Assembly (NCBI GenBank): GCA_951406725.2
Contig: OX597833.1
Span: forward strand, 39,680,001-39,744,000
Reading direction: 5' to 3'
DNA length: 64,000 nt
DNA from: Octopus vulgaris
Lineage: Eukaryota
Positions 13,434 through 25,521 of this stretch are shown here, piece by piece. The notes under the pieces were generated by a model. It saw only the letters and a program-made list of their open reading frames with translations, made no database searches and was not told the DNA's origin. Numbering within the stretch: the first letter of the stretch is position 1; each line of letters begins with the position of its first letter. A program made the translations under genes and the position numbers.

Positions 13434-13570
13434 CATCTGGCTCGACACTTCTGCATGTATTGAGGCCAAGTCTCTGCTATATCATGATCTTTCAGTATCT
13501 TGATACACCGATGCCTTCTGCAACAAACCAGAAGCTGTGGTTCTTCTTCTCTTATCACCTCCATGAGTCT
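13434..13570 (-). CDS. candidate exon B of unidentified host gene (137 bp, phase 0 to 2)
   Basis: Acceptor ttttatttgatgctttag, donor TG|gtgata, open frame RLMEVIREEEPQLLVCCRRHRCIKILKDHDIAETWPQYMQKCRARW; unique, compositionally complex island. Confidence 0.4.
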
Positions 13571-13699
13571 CTAAAGCATCAAATAAAATCATTGGCATTG
13601 TTCTTCCTTTTCTTAGTAAACCATATATTAATATATATATTGGCTTCAAATTTTGGCACAAGGCCAACAGACCTTAGGCAATGGGATAAGTTGATTACA

Positions 13700-13859
13700 T
13701 CGACCCCAGTGCTCACTTTTTTTTGCAAGGCCTGGTACTTGTTCTGTCATTGTCTTTGCTGAACAGCTGAGTTCTGTGGATGTAAACACACCAACACTGA
13801 TTGTCATGTGGGGGGACAAACACTGACACAAAGGCACACACACATACACGTGTACACAC

Positions 13860-13942
<83 letters not shown>

Positions 13943-14218
13943 CATAGGCTCGAAACATTAAAGACTTCTTCGCTTGACGAGCAAGAAACTAATACATCTG
14001 TTTGTTGTCTACATCACCTGTCTTCATCTTTTGTTTTTTTGTGAATTCTCCCTATATATGTGACAGGCTTCTTTCAGTTTCCATCTACCAAATCCATTCA
14101 CAAGGCTTTGGTTGACTCAAGGCAATAGGAGACACCTCCCCGAGATGCCACACAATGGGACTGAACCTGGAACCATGTGGTTAGGAAGCAAACTTCTAAC
14201 CATACAGCCACCCCTCTG
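13700..14218 (-). mobile_element. SINE family A with a Penelope-like 3' fragment inserted in its internal (TA)n
   Basis: Both SINE halves flank 13940-14054. Confidence 0.8.
13940..14054 (+). mobile_element. 5'-truncated Penelope-like fragment carrying the 3' half of a minimal hammerhead
   Basis: GAGC atag GCTC GAAA CA TT AAAG directly after (TA)n; ends tctccctata. Confidence 0.55.
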
Positions 14219-14480
14219 ATGTGTGTGTGTCTGTGTATGTGTGTGCATGTGTGTGTGTATTATGTGAATATTGACTAATGGCTACATAGGTAGCTCAATA
14301 AATAGATAGGTAGTTAGACAAACAAGTATATATATTAATATTTTGCTTAGGCAGAGTGAGACTAATAACTTGTGCAGAACTCAATATATGTACGCTTTAT
14401 ATATTTGATGAGTATAGAGTGGTGATAAAGAAAAAAGAGATGACAGTGGAAAAAACAAAGATTGTGAAATGAACTTCATT

Positions 14481-14561
14481 AGCTTACAGTTGTTTCTGCT
14501 ATAAATTGCAGTGAACTCTTAGTTGAATACCTGGATAACATCCTATAGCTTCATTGGAGCC
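14481..14561 (-). ncRNA. degenerate type I hammerhead motif
   Basis: Minus strand GGCT CCAATGA A GCTATA...TATAGC A GAAA CAACTG TA AGCT; stems I and II pair, core mutated from CTGATGA. Confidence 0.55.
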
Positions 14562-14629
14562 TTGAATATGAAGTGCACTTTATTTGGGAGAATTACATTT
14601 TCAGAACATACAGGTGCTATATACAGAGC

Positions 14630-14668
<39 letters not shown>

Positions 14669-14840
14669 GGATATATATATATAAATATATATACACATAT
14701 ATACATACATATACATATACATATATACATACATACACACACACATATATATATATATACACATACATATATATGTATATACATATATGTATTATATATA
14801 TACACACACACGCATATATATACATATACATACATATGCA

Positions 14841-14874
<34 letters not shown>

Positions 14875-14975
14875 AAACCCTCCTTCTTCCCTTCTTTCCT
14901 GAGCATCCAATAATACTTTATTTGTTCCACATCCTCGCGTTGTTGTCTTTTTGTTTTCTTGTTTGGATTTACTTT
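14875..14975 (+). mobile_element. family H1 Penelope-like fragment starting at the predicted hammerhead cleavage site
   Basis: aaaccctccttc...gagcatccaataat...gtttggatttacttta matches the 3' half of 5281-5492; flanked by (TA)n. Confidence 0.65.
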
Positions 14976-15025
14976 ATATATATATATATAGATATATATA
15001 CATACATATAGATTAATAAATAGAT

Positions 15026-15098
<73 letters not shown>

Positions 15099-15974
15099 TG
15101 TAGCTTGGTAGGTAGGTAATTAGTTATACTCTTGCAATTTGATTTGGACTCTCTGAGATAACAAGATTAAATCCAGAATTATCCATTAGTTATATGATAA
15201 TGAAAGTTTCAACAACAACAACAAAAACAACAACATCGATAATCGCAACAACAACAATATTCTCTACAACAACTACCAAAACCACCACAACCAAAAAAGC
15301 AGTCACAACAACAACAACAGCAATCACCATCACTTTCACCACCACCACCACCACCACCACAGTCTCAATAACAACGAGAATGATGGTAAGAGTAGCAAAC
15401 AGAATTTGAGAACCCAAAATCTGAGAGCCAACAAATAAATATACAAACAATAATAAAATTAAATCAATTAAAATTTTATAAAATAAGGAAAAGAAATTTA
15501 AAATATAAGATTTAAAAAGAAAAAAATAACAGCATACAAGAACACAGGGAAAAAATATATAAAAGAAAGGTTTGTAAAAACAAGAAAAAATTTAAACAAA
15601 TTAAGAACATAGATGGAAAAATAAAAGACAAAAAATAATGGATATCAGAATAAAACCAAGAATATGGCAACAACAGCAATAATATGAAGAACAAGAAATA
15701 AAAGAATGGATAAAAATGAAGATGAAGATGAAGATGATGAAGAAGGAGAGAAACATGAATGACAAGCAATTGAAATGAGAAGAAATGTCCATTTTTAATT
15801 AAGGGATATCTGATCCTGTGATGAAATAATGATAGTGCCAGAAGCTAGGCAAACACATCTTATTAATAGCTCTTTGCTTTCTTTTTCCTCTTTTGTGTAG
15901 GTAGTATGTTCAATACTTTGGAGTTTGGTAAAGGGAGAAACATGTGTGTGTGGTTTATGTATATAGGCACACAC

Positions 15975-16004
15975 ACACACACGTATTATATACACACATA
16001 CAAG

Positions 16005-16046
<42 letters not shown>

Positions 16047-16129
16047 TTTATGCATGTATGTGTGTATATATATATATGCATGTATGTATGTATATATATA
16101 TATATATACATACATACACATATATATGC

Positions 16130-16160
<31 letters not shown>

Positions 16161-16201
16161 CATATATATATACATATATACATATATATATATACATATA
16201 T

Positions 16202-16270
<69 letters not shown>
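15975..16270. repeat. (TA)n/(CATA)n microsatellite block
   Basis: Direct reading. Confidence 0.95.
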
Positions 16271-16273
<3 letters not shown>

Positions 16274-16813
16274 ATGTATATAATATTTGAGGTTCATTTT
16301 GTGTTCTCTCTCTTCATTATCTTATTTTTCGTTATTTGTCTATTTAATATTTATGTGTTTATGCATATAATTCTAGCTCCCTGCTTTCCTATTTAATCAA
16401 CAGACAAACAGTAAGCTAGACATTCAGACAGACAGGCAGGCAGGCAGACATGCAAGCAGGTAGGTATGTAAATTGGTTGGTAGGTAGGTAGGTAGGTAAT
16501 TAGGTAGGCAAGCAGATACACAGACAAACATCATCATCATCATCATCATCATAGTTGTCAACATTATTCTCATTTTAACATTTGCCTTTGAATTATGCCT
16601 GGGTTGAATGGGTCTGCAAACACTCATTAGCTATTCTTTTTATTGAGTCATCTCCTCTGTGAGGCTCTACAAGCTGAGACTTAATGTTATCACTTCTTCC
16701 TGTGTCTAACTTTGTGTTTTGCTTCTATGTTCCTTCCACTCAAAGCAGCACCATGCAGTATTTCACCGCACCTTCAGTAAATATTAATATCACATTTCCA
16801 TACCAATGCAAGT

Positions 16814-17077
16814 GGAGGTGTGTGGTTTAGTGGTTAAGGTGTTGTACTCATGATTGTAAGATTGTGGTTTCAATTCCTGGAATGGGCAATGCATTGTGTT
16901 CTTGAGCAAAACACCTCATTTCACGTTGCTCCAGGCCATTCAGCTGGTAAAAATGAGTAATCTTATGACGGACTGGCACTCCATCCAGGTGGAGATTTAT
17001 ATACCATAAAAACTGGGAAACCAGTCCTTATGAGTTGGTATGATGCAAAAAGGTAACTTTATCTTTACCTTTTTCTT
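16814..17077 (+). mobile_element. CORE-type SINE with (ACCTTT)n-like tail
   Basis: tRNA head and CORE-like tgtgttcttgagcaaaacac; 14-bp TSD ataccaatgcaagt at 16800-16813 and 17078-17091. Confidence 0.88.
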
Positions 17078-18172
17078 ATACCAATGCAAGTTCTCTTTTC
17101 TGGATATGGTTGTCGATACCTTTAATGATCAGTCATTCCATCAGTTTAGCTAAGCCTACACTCATATGTGAATGAACATTACATGCCTTTGATCCTAAGT
17201 TTGCTTGATTAGATGAGCCTTGCTGAAACATGTTAATGATTAAAGAAAGTTGTTTCGTTTAGCCCCCAAGTGAGCCCTGATCAGACTTATGGCCAAGGAA
17301 GGATATTTTGTTTAACCCCAATTGAGTTTTGGTCAAACAGACCTGTGATCAAAGACATTCCAAATAGATCTCTTTTTGAGCCAATGCAGAGTCCTCTATG
17401 AGGTCCAGCTTGCAAGAGATAACTGTTAAATCTTCCTCAAATCTCACTCTACCATTTTAAAGTCCTTTGTTACCAACAGAAGAACAGTTCTGTAAAGTTT
17501 TTTTCCACTCCTTTACTCTAGCTATTTTGCTTTTTTTGCATACACCTCAAGCACTAGTTGCTGTTGTATAATCCAATATTAGCCCTGACAGAGCACACTA
17601 GTAGCACACAAGTTAGTTAAATGACTAGGTACAATCCACAGAACCATAGCCTTCACCCAGTGCCAGATTTAGGCTTGGTGAGGACCCCAAGCTATTTAAA
17701 GCTTTGATCCCACCACCTGTTAATACATTACACTAGAAGGCCTCACAAAAACATATTCAAAACATATATGCCCTTTAACTATTTCTAAGGCCCCCATGGA
17801 TTGCAAGACTCTAATCTGAGTTTCTTTAAGTTTTTAACTATATCTGGAATTGCTTTCACTGAGCTGAGAACCATATTACACATATAATTAAGTAGTAATG
17901 AAGTGTATGATGTACTGTGATAATCTGAATGTGTATGATTGTCTGTTCATATTCAAGCTCTAGTTAGATTACTCTGTGTAACAAAATTTTAATTTTTTCA
18001 TCTTTGGTCAGTATCTAGAAATCAAAGGAAATGACTACTATTCTCTTCAAACTTTGCTTTTGTGACCTGGACAATCAATGCTTTGAAACTGGCCTATTTT
18101 TCATAACATTTCAGATAGATTCAGTACTGAGTTTCTGAAACAGAAATATTGCTATAGTAAATATTTTACTCA

Positions 18173-18482
18173 TGGAGGCACATGGCCAAGTGGTTAGAGC
18201 AGCGGACTCGCGGTCAAGGGATTACGGGTTTGAATCTCAGACTGGGCGATGTTTGTGTTTATGAGTGAAACACTTAAGCTCCATACGGCCCTGGCAGAAG
18301 GTAATGGCGAACTTCTGCTGACTCTTTCACAACTTTCTCTCACTCTTTCCTCCTGCACCTTGCAGCTCACCTGCGACAGACTGGCATCCCGTCCAGTTGG
18401 GGAACCTATATGCCAAAGAAACTGGGAGACTGGCCCTATGAGCCAGGCATGGATCGAGAAGGAACAAACAATAACAACAACG
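18173..18482 (+). mobile_element. tRNA-derived SINE with (ACA)n tail, inserted into a Dong-type 3' UTR fragment
   Basis: A/B boxes; 13-bp TSD aatattttactca at 18160-18172 and 18483-18495; host 18151-18572 matches 38965-39063. Confidence 0.9.
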
Positions 18483-19041
18483 AATATTTTACTCAATACC
18501 ACAGATTTGCTTGTCAGTTGCTTGACCTTAACCACTTGAGCATGTCCTTTCATGACTGACCAATATATGCATCATATGAAAAAGATGTATGCATATGTAT
18601 TTATGTATGTGTATATAAAAAAATAATGTGTGTGAGAAAGAGAGAGAGAGCAAGAGAAAGAGTGAGTGAGTACCACTTACACATAGATGCAAAAAATACA
18701 AAAAATACATACATGACAATACACACCTTCACTCTCTCTCTCTCTCTTGCACACGCACACATGCACACACACACACACATGTCCATTTCATATACACATG
18801 CATACATCTTTCTTTCACTTTCTCCTCTCTTTCACTTTCTGCTCTCACTTCAAAGCATATGTCACCTTTTCCCATTCTCCTCGCTTTCAATTTTTGCTTT
18901 CTTCAAAGCATAAAGAAATGAAAAATTTTTATGGAAATTAACACACAATCATATGATCCCATATGATTGACCATATTATCGAGTCGACAACTTTGCTGCT
19001 TCAAATGAAAGCATGCCATAAAATAACTTCCTTTGGCACAC

Positions 19042-19082
<41 letters not shown>

Positions 19083-19229
19083 AGGTAAGACTTCTGAATG
19101 AATTGTTATTTCTTGCTGCGTGCACATGCAAAATTGCAAATCCAATTGAAATGACTTTTTACTATTCTATAACTTGTGTTTGTGATGAGCATATTTAAAA
19201 ACCTGATCTTTGATATAAACTTAAAAGGA

Positions 19230-20236
19230 AGTTTTCCCAGAAATCCTGTCATTTACCTGTTATTTCTAGCATGTCCAAGGCGATATTTGTGCTCCCACCC
19301 TTATTGTTTTCCTAAATTTCTTCCGATTCCTTTTTTTTTCGATACAGAAGATTAGGATTTCACCCAAAAAATACATCCTTGATATTTCAATTTTCTCCTT
19401 CTCCACCCCAGTTTCTTCATTTTTATTTTTTCCAAATTCTTTTCTTGGTAATCTACACAGAAAAACAGAGTACAAATCTTAAACAATTTTCTTCTTTTTT
19501 TCTTAAAGAAATACTAAAATCTCCTTCCCAAACATCCACCCATCACTTCACCACTTTCAAAAAGCTACAAACACCCAACGTTTCACTTTTAGCAGTTTGG
19601 AAAGCGGGGAAGTTTCTTCAGAAATAATGTTGTTTACCTGTTGTTTCTAGCATGTCAGGTTTTCTGGTGGTGCTCTAATATTTTTCGCGTTTGCTATTTC
19701 AGTACAATTCTATGAATATGTGAAACATTAGATGAAAATGAAACATTGGGTGTTTTTAGCTTTTTGAAAGCGGGTAGGTGATTGGTGGGTGAGGTGGGGG
19801 AAGGGGCATTGAGTGTTTCTTTAAGAAAAATTAAACTTTAAAAAGAAACATATTTCCTAGATTTGTAATCTTTGTATTTTTCTATGTGGATAAAAAAATT
19901 CAAAAAAATGTAACATATTAAGAAATTGCAGTGAGGACAGAGGCAGAAATTAAAATTTTGAAAATGTAATTTCTGGGTAAAATCGCATTAACTCCCTTTT
20001 ATATGATGAAATAATACATAGTTTGTGATCTTTTTTAAGAACAGGAAGCACTTTTATGCAAACCCATGCAAATTGTACCTTCCCCAATTCACTGTTAAAC
20101 AAACAATAACATCCATTACACCAGAAATCCAGTTCACTTTATTTCAGCTGTGGTAATTCTGCCCATAAGAAAGGAACAAATAATACAATGTGGCTGTAGG
20201 TCATAACATCCAGGCAACGCCAGGATGCATTGCTAG
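19230..20236 (+). mobile_element. non-autonomous Helitron-like element with long internal inverted repeat
   Basis: 3' end ccaggcaacgccagg (decayed hairpin) then gctag|t; 19355-19590 inverted against 19736-19985; 5' boundary uncertain. Confidence 0.55.
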
Positions 20237-20249
20237 TTCATATGTATAT

Positions 20250-20464
20250 ATTTGTGTGACTGTGTTTGTCCCCCCACCCATCATATGACAACTGATGTTG
20301 GTGTGTTTACATCCACATAACTTAGCAGTTCAGTAAAAGAGACTGATAGAATTAATTAGTATTAGGCTTACAAAAAATAGGTCCTGGGGTTGATTTGTTC
20401 GACTAATGGTGGTGCTCCAGCATGGCCGCAGTTAAATGAAAGAAACAAGTAAAAGAATAAGAGA
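20250..20464 (+). mobile_element. SINE family A, 3' half
   Basis: Similarity to family A right half and tail. Confidence 0.85.
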
Positions 20465-20503
20465 ATATATATATATGTATGTATGTGTATATATGCGTAT
20501 GTA

Positions 20504-20555
<52 letters not shown>

Positions 20556-21103
20556 CATGCGTGTGCAACACGTTTCTGTGCTATCAATTTCTTCTCATGA
20601 GGTATATTGTTCTCATTTTCAGATTAGAAAACATTTGCAGAAGAAGCCACACATAATGGGAGTGAACCTGAAATCTCATAGCTGCCAAATGAACATGTTA
20701 ACCACCACACCAGCCAAGCCTGTACACTTACGTTATATTTACTCACCCACCACCAAAACCACCACCAATACCATCAAAACCACCACCAATACCACCACCA
20801 CCACCGCTGTCCCTTTCTTCTCTGCTATTTTCTAAAGGACACTGGTTTATTTATAGTGTGGCATGGTAGTATTGTAAATAATGAGTATCTGAGATAAATC
20901 TGGACGGAATGGTGTTGATGCCAGAGTTTCTCAGTCTTTTGGTCCCTCAATAATTTCCATTCCACATTACCTGTCATTACAGCACACCTTTTCATCAATC
21001 ATGTCTTACCTTCATCGTATTTTAGTCTTCATTTAGCCTTTCTCTTTCTATCTCTCTTCCTCTGTCTTTCCTCACTTACTTTCTTTCTCTCTCTCTCCCT
21101 CTC

Positions 21104-21147
<44 letters not shown>

Positions 21148-21434
21148 ACTCATTCACTCATTCACTCTTTCTGTCTCCCTCTTTTTCTCTCTCAAGCTTT
21201 AGCATTCTTAAGTTTCTTTCTCAGGGTTCCCTCTTACTCTATCTCCTTTCCTTCTCTAAATCTTTCTTTTGTCTCCTCTTTCACCACCACTCTTTCTCCC
21301 TCCCTTCCTCTCTCTATTTCTCTCACACTCTCTCTCATTCTATCCATCTATATCTTTCTTTCTCTCTTTCTTCCTCCATTACAGCCTTCAAATCACTGAA
21401 TAAATATATCATCCTTTAGCAATTTTGCTACATT

Positions 21435-21603
21435 ATTACCACCACCACCACTGCTGCTGCCTCCACCACCACCACCATTACCACCACTACCACCACTACT
21501 ATGACTACCACCATTACCATCACCACCACCACCACCACTACTACTACTACTACCATCACCACCACCATCACCACCACCACCACCACTACCACCACCACCA
21601 CTA

Positions 21604-21640
<37 letters not shown>

Positions 21641-21701
21641 CACTACTACTACCACTACTTCTACCACTACTACTGCTGATACTACTACCACTACTACTAC
21701 C

Positions 21702-21736
<35 letters not shown>

Positions 21737-21780
21737 AACTACTACTACTACCACCACCACCACCACTACTACTACTATTA
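21435..21780. repeat. (CAC)n/(TAC)n trinucleotide tract
   Basis: Direct reading. Confidence 0.97.
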
Positions 21781-22451
21781 GCTAGGTTACACTGCTGCTG
21801 TTTTAAGATGTTATTATGGAGGTGTGCTCTTCTATATGAAGCATAGATGGTAAAGTTGATAGGTGTTCCGAAGACCCAGCCAACCATGAAGTCAAAGCTT
21901 CATAACGGTATCACTAATACATGCAGTAATACAGATTTGATAGAGAACTAAACTTCCCGCCCAGCCATGAGGACAGATATTTTATATCTTGTCACCAATA
22001 CACGAAACATAGATGGTAAAGTCGATAGGGCACTAGACACCCACCTAGTTGTGATGACAAAGTCTTAAATACTATTACCTGAGTATCCAACAGATGGTAA
22101 CCCGGTTATAGAGTAAGAGGCACTCACTCACCCAGCCATAAGGTTAGAAGGTTGTATCTTATCGCCAGTGTTTCATAGTAACTGTGATAAAATCTCTAAA
22201 CATTTTAACAATTAACCCTTTTGATACCAACCTGCTTGAAACTGCCCCTGATTCTACGATACAAATTCACTGTTTTAGCCCTTTAGCATTTAAACTGGCT
22301 ACATCTGGCTGAAATATTCGACCTGTTTTAGGTTTAAACTGGCCAGCTCCAGCCTTTCATACCTGCTCCACAATATCATCCTGAAAATAAACAGTCACAT
22401 TATTGAAATCACAACAGTGTGAGATGATGCATTATTAATTCTAAATAGTGA

Positions 22452-22589
22452 AATTCCTCTGAGGCCGACTTTGCCTTTCATCCTTTCGGGGTCAATTAAT
22501 TAAGTACCAGTTGTGCACAGGGGCCGATCTAATTGACTGACCCCCCCACTTCCACAAAAATTTCGGGCCTTGTGCCTAGACTAGAAAAG
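22452..22589 (+). mobile_element. Nin/Deu-domain SINE, 5'-truncated
   Basis: gcctttcatcctttcggggtcaattaattaagtaccag; 15-bp TSD aattctaaatagtga at 22437-22451 and 22590-22604. Confidence 0.85.
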
Positions 22590-22602
22590 AATTCTAAATA
22601 GT

Positions 22603-23002
22603 GAGTGGCTGTGTGGTAAGTAGCTTGCTTACCAACCACATGCTTCCGGGTTCAGTCCCACTGCGTGGCACCTTGGGCAAGTGTCTTCTACTATAGCCTC
22701 GGGCCGACCAAAGTCTTGTGAGTGGATTTGGTAGACGGAAACTGAAAGAAGCTCGTTGTATATATGTATATGTATAAATATGGGTGTATGTGCTTGTGTG
22801 TCTGTGTTTGTCCCTCCAACATCGCTTGAAAACCAATGCTAGTGTGTTTACGTCTCTGTAAGTTAGCGGTTCGGCAAAAGAGATCGATAGAATAAGTACT
22901 AGGCTTCCAAAGAATAAGTTCTAGGGGCGATTTGCTTGACTAAAGGCAGTGCTCTGGCATGACCACAGTCAAATGACTGAAACAAGTAAAAGAGTAAAAA
23001 AG
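22603..23002 (+). mobile_element. SINE family A
   Basis: Full-length similarity. Confidence 0.92.
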
Positions 23003-23255
23003 TGAAGGTGCATAGCCTTGTAGTTAGGCTGCTGCACTCATAATCACTAGATCATAGTTTCAATTCCCTGACTGGGCACCGCGTTGTGTTTTTAAGCAAA
23101 AACACTTCATTCCACATTGCTCCAGTTTCTCTTCAATAAGTGGGGAATGTTGGCCTGTGGGGTGGCATCATTGAAGGTTAAAACAATACAAAAGTGCATT
23201 GTGACCAGCGATGTGTAACGACGTCTGATAGCCTGGTCAGTTATGTGATCATGTG
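23003..23255 (+). mobile_element. CORE-type SINE (diverged)
   Basis: tRNA-like head, then gcgttgtgtttttaagcaaaaacacttcattccacattgctccag. Confidence 0.7.
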
Positions 23256-23489
23256 AATTGTAAATAATCTGAAATAATTAGATTTACATTTGACAGACTA
23301 ATATGAATACTAAATGGTTAAAGTGATCTAAATTAAAACCTTCCTTTAAATTTCATGTTAATTTATGCTCCAAACATCAGCTTAATAATGACAAAGTTAT
23401 CTTAATAAATTCTTGATAATTTCTCAAATTACCTGAAGCAAATGCAGTGTATTTTAATAAAAATATGGTAATGAAAAAGGTTAAATCAG

Positions 23490-23692
23490 TTATAGCAGGC
23501 CCAGGTATTCTTCCTGTTTTATGTTCAGACTGGCCAGATCCAGCCTCTCACACCTACCTTACAATGCTATTCTGAAAATAAACAACCATTTTATCCGCTA
23601 TTTCAAAGCTATATGATGATGCCTGGTTAATTTAAAAGAATGAGAATAAATAAGCAGTGCATTTGACAAAGTAATCTGAATGCTAAAGGAAT
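23490..23692. mobile_element. piggyBac-type MITE fragment
   Basis: Homologous to 22300-22440 and 23265-23317; ends aatgctaaagg. Confidence 0.6.
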
Positions 23693-23711
23693 AAATCTGG
23701 AAGAAAATAGA

Positions 23712-24145
23712 TAGGCATAGGAGAGGCTGTGTGGTAAGTAGCTTGCTTACAAACCACATGGTTCTGGGTTCAGTCCCACTGCATGGCACCTTGGGTAAGT
23801 GTCTTCTACTATAGCCTCGGATCGACCAAAGCCTTGTGAATGGATTTGGTAGGCAGAAACTGAAAGAAGCCCATCGTATATATGTATATATGTGTGTGTA
23901 TGTGTGTGTGTGTGTGTGTATGTGTGTGTGTGTGTGTATGTTTGTGTGTGTGTGTTTGTCCCCCCCAACATCGCTTGACAACCGATGCTGGTGTGTTTAT
24001 GTCACCGTAACTTAGCGGTTTGACAAAAGAGACCGATAGAATAAGTAGTAGGCTTACAAAGAATAAGTCCTGGGGTCGATTTGCTCGACTAAAGGCAGTG
24101 CTCCAGCATGGCCACAGACAAATGACTGAACAAGTAAAAGAGAGA
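23712..24145 (+). mobile_element. SINE family A
   Basis: Full-length similarity. Confidence 0.92.
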
Positions 24146-24177
24146 GATAGACTTCAAATAAAAACAATTTCATGTCC

Positions 24178-24441
24178 ACTAAGTTCACTGTCATTAATTC
24201 ACCGCAGGATAAGTTCACCATGAGGAATGTTCACTGCAATCCCCGAGCGCACAGTTTGATCTTCATTACTTTCGTTTTTCTTTTGCAATAAAATAGATTT
24301 AAACTATTAATGTTGAGATATGATGGATATATTTTCTTGGTAAACTTTCCTTGTGGTGAACTTCCCTTGAGGTGAACTTTCTTCACAGTGAATTGATGGT
24401 GGTGAATTCTCCTGTGATGAATTGATGGTGGTGAACTTACC
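24178..24441. mobile_element. MITE with inverted arrays of (g/a)ttcac / gtgaa(c/t) subterminal motifs
   Basis: Four ttcac motifs on the left, about seven gtgaa-type motifs on the right, roughly 15-bp spacing. Confidence 0.5.
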
Positions 24442-24519
24442 TATAAATTGAACAATTTATACTATAAATGGTGATAGATTCAAGCTAACTGTGATTGGAC
24501 AAAGGTAGTCTAGCCAGTG

Positions 24520-24752
24520 GCAGATATTGGTATCACACAACTGGCACCCATGCCAGTGACATGTAAAAGCACCTATTACATTGAAGTGGTTGGTGTTAAG
24601 AAGGGCATCCAGCTATGAAACTATGCCAAATCAGACTGGAGCCTGGTACAGCCCCTCAGCTTATTAGCCCTGATCAATCTGTCCAACCCATGCCAGCATG
24701 GACAATGAACGCTAAATGATGATTATGATGACGATGGTGATGATGATGATGA
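24520..24752 (+). mobile_element. RTE-type 3' UTR with (GAT)n tail
   Basis: gtggttggtgttaagaagggcatccagc...acccatgccagcatgga...gatgat. Confidence 0.8.
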
Positions 24753-24836
24753 TTTGTTTTATTGCAAGTTGCAAGATCACTTATTTTGGGTGTCACTTAT
24801 TTTCTACACATTGCGAGCTGGAGTGAACTAATGCTT

Positions 24837-24887
24837 GCCACCACTAAGGATGAGCACAAAGTGCTCTAAACTGTACAACCTGGTGGT
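24837..24887 (+). ncRNA. degenerate type I hammerhead motif (family H2)
   Basis: GCCACCA CTAAGGA T GAGCAC aaa GTGCTC TAAA CTGTACA ACC TGGTGGT; stems I and II pair fully, core substituted; downstream 24881-25098 homologous to 53996-54210. Confidence 0.6.
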
Positions 24888-25096
24888 CTTGTGGGTGGAA
24901 GATGGAAGGAGTTCACTCCCCTGTTTGCAATATATATCAGGTGCAGATTGCCTCAAATTACCAGCTGTAGGAGGCATCTTCCTGGGGTTAAAATAGCAGC
25001 AATGTTGGTTCCTATGGAACAGCTATGTTGAAGTGGCAATAAAGGTTACTTCTCAGTATAGTTACAGCTTTCATTATTTTTTAGAGATTTTCTGAT

Positions 25097-25521
25097 TTAC
25101 TCTTACTCTTTTACTCTTTTACTTGTTTCAGTCATTTGACGGTGGCCATGCTTGAGCACGACCTTTAGTCGAAAAATATTGACCCCAGGACTTATTCTTT
25201 GTAAGCCCAGTACTTATTCTATCGGTCTCTTTTGCCGAACCGCTAAGTGACGGGGACGTAAACACACCAGCATCGGTTGTCAAGCAATGCTAGGGGGACA
25301 AACACAGACACACAAACACACACACACACATATATATATATATACACACACATATATATACGACAGGCTTCTTTCAGTTTCCGTCTACCAAATCCACTCA
25401 CAAGGCATTGGTCGGCCCGGGGCTATAGCAGAAGACACTTGCCCAAGATGCCACACAGTGGGACTGAACCCGGAACCATGTGGTTGGTTAGCAAGCTACT
25501 TACCACACAGCCACTCCTGCG
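25097..25521 (-). mobile_element. SINE family A (young), with a tail-only fragment at 25549-25626
   Basis: Full-length, CpG-rich. Confidence 0.92.

Larger units (their letters stand above)
22279..23317. mobile_element. piggyBac-type MITE (inner)
   Basis: ttag|ccctttagcatt ... aatactaaatgg|TTAA; a second copy of the family lies at 23490-23692. Confidence 0.7.
22216..23480. mobile_element. piggyBac-type MITE (outer), hosting nested insertions
   Basis: TTAA|cccttttgatacc ... ggtaatgaaaaagg|TTAA. Confidence 0.7.

Noticed and set aside
12714-13463. Asp-, Met- and Ser/Gly-rich ORFs resembling biomineralisation or reflectin-like proteins
   Set aside because: Trinucleotide low-complexity DNA open in most frames; no reflectin motif or splice context
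17205-17240. Hammerhead-like AGATGA GC..GC T GAAA CATG TT
   Set aside because: Core lacks CUG and stem I does not pair convincingly
21393-21887. Gly/Ser-rich and His/Tyr-rich ORFs
   Set aside because: (CAC)/(TAC) microsatellite
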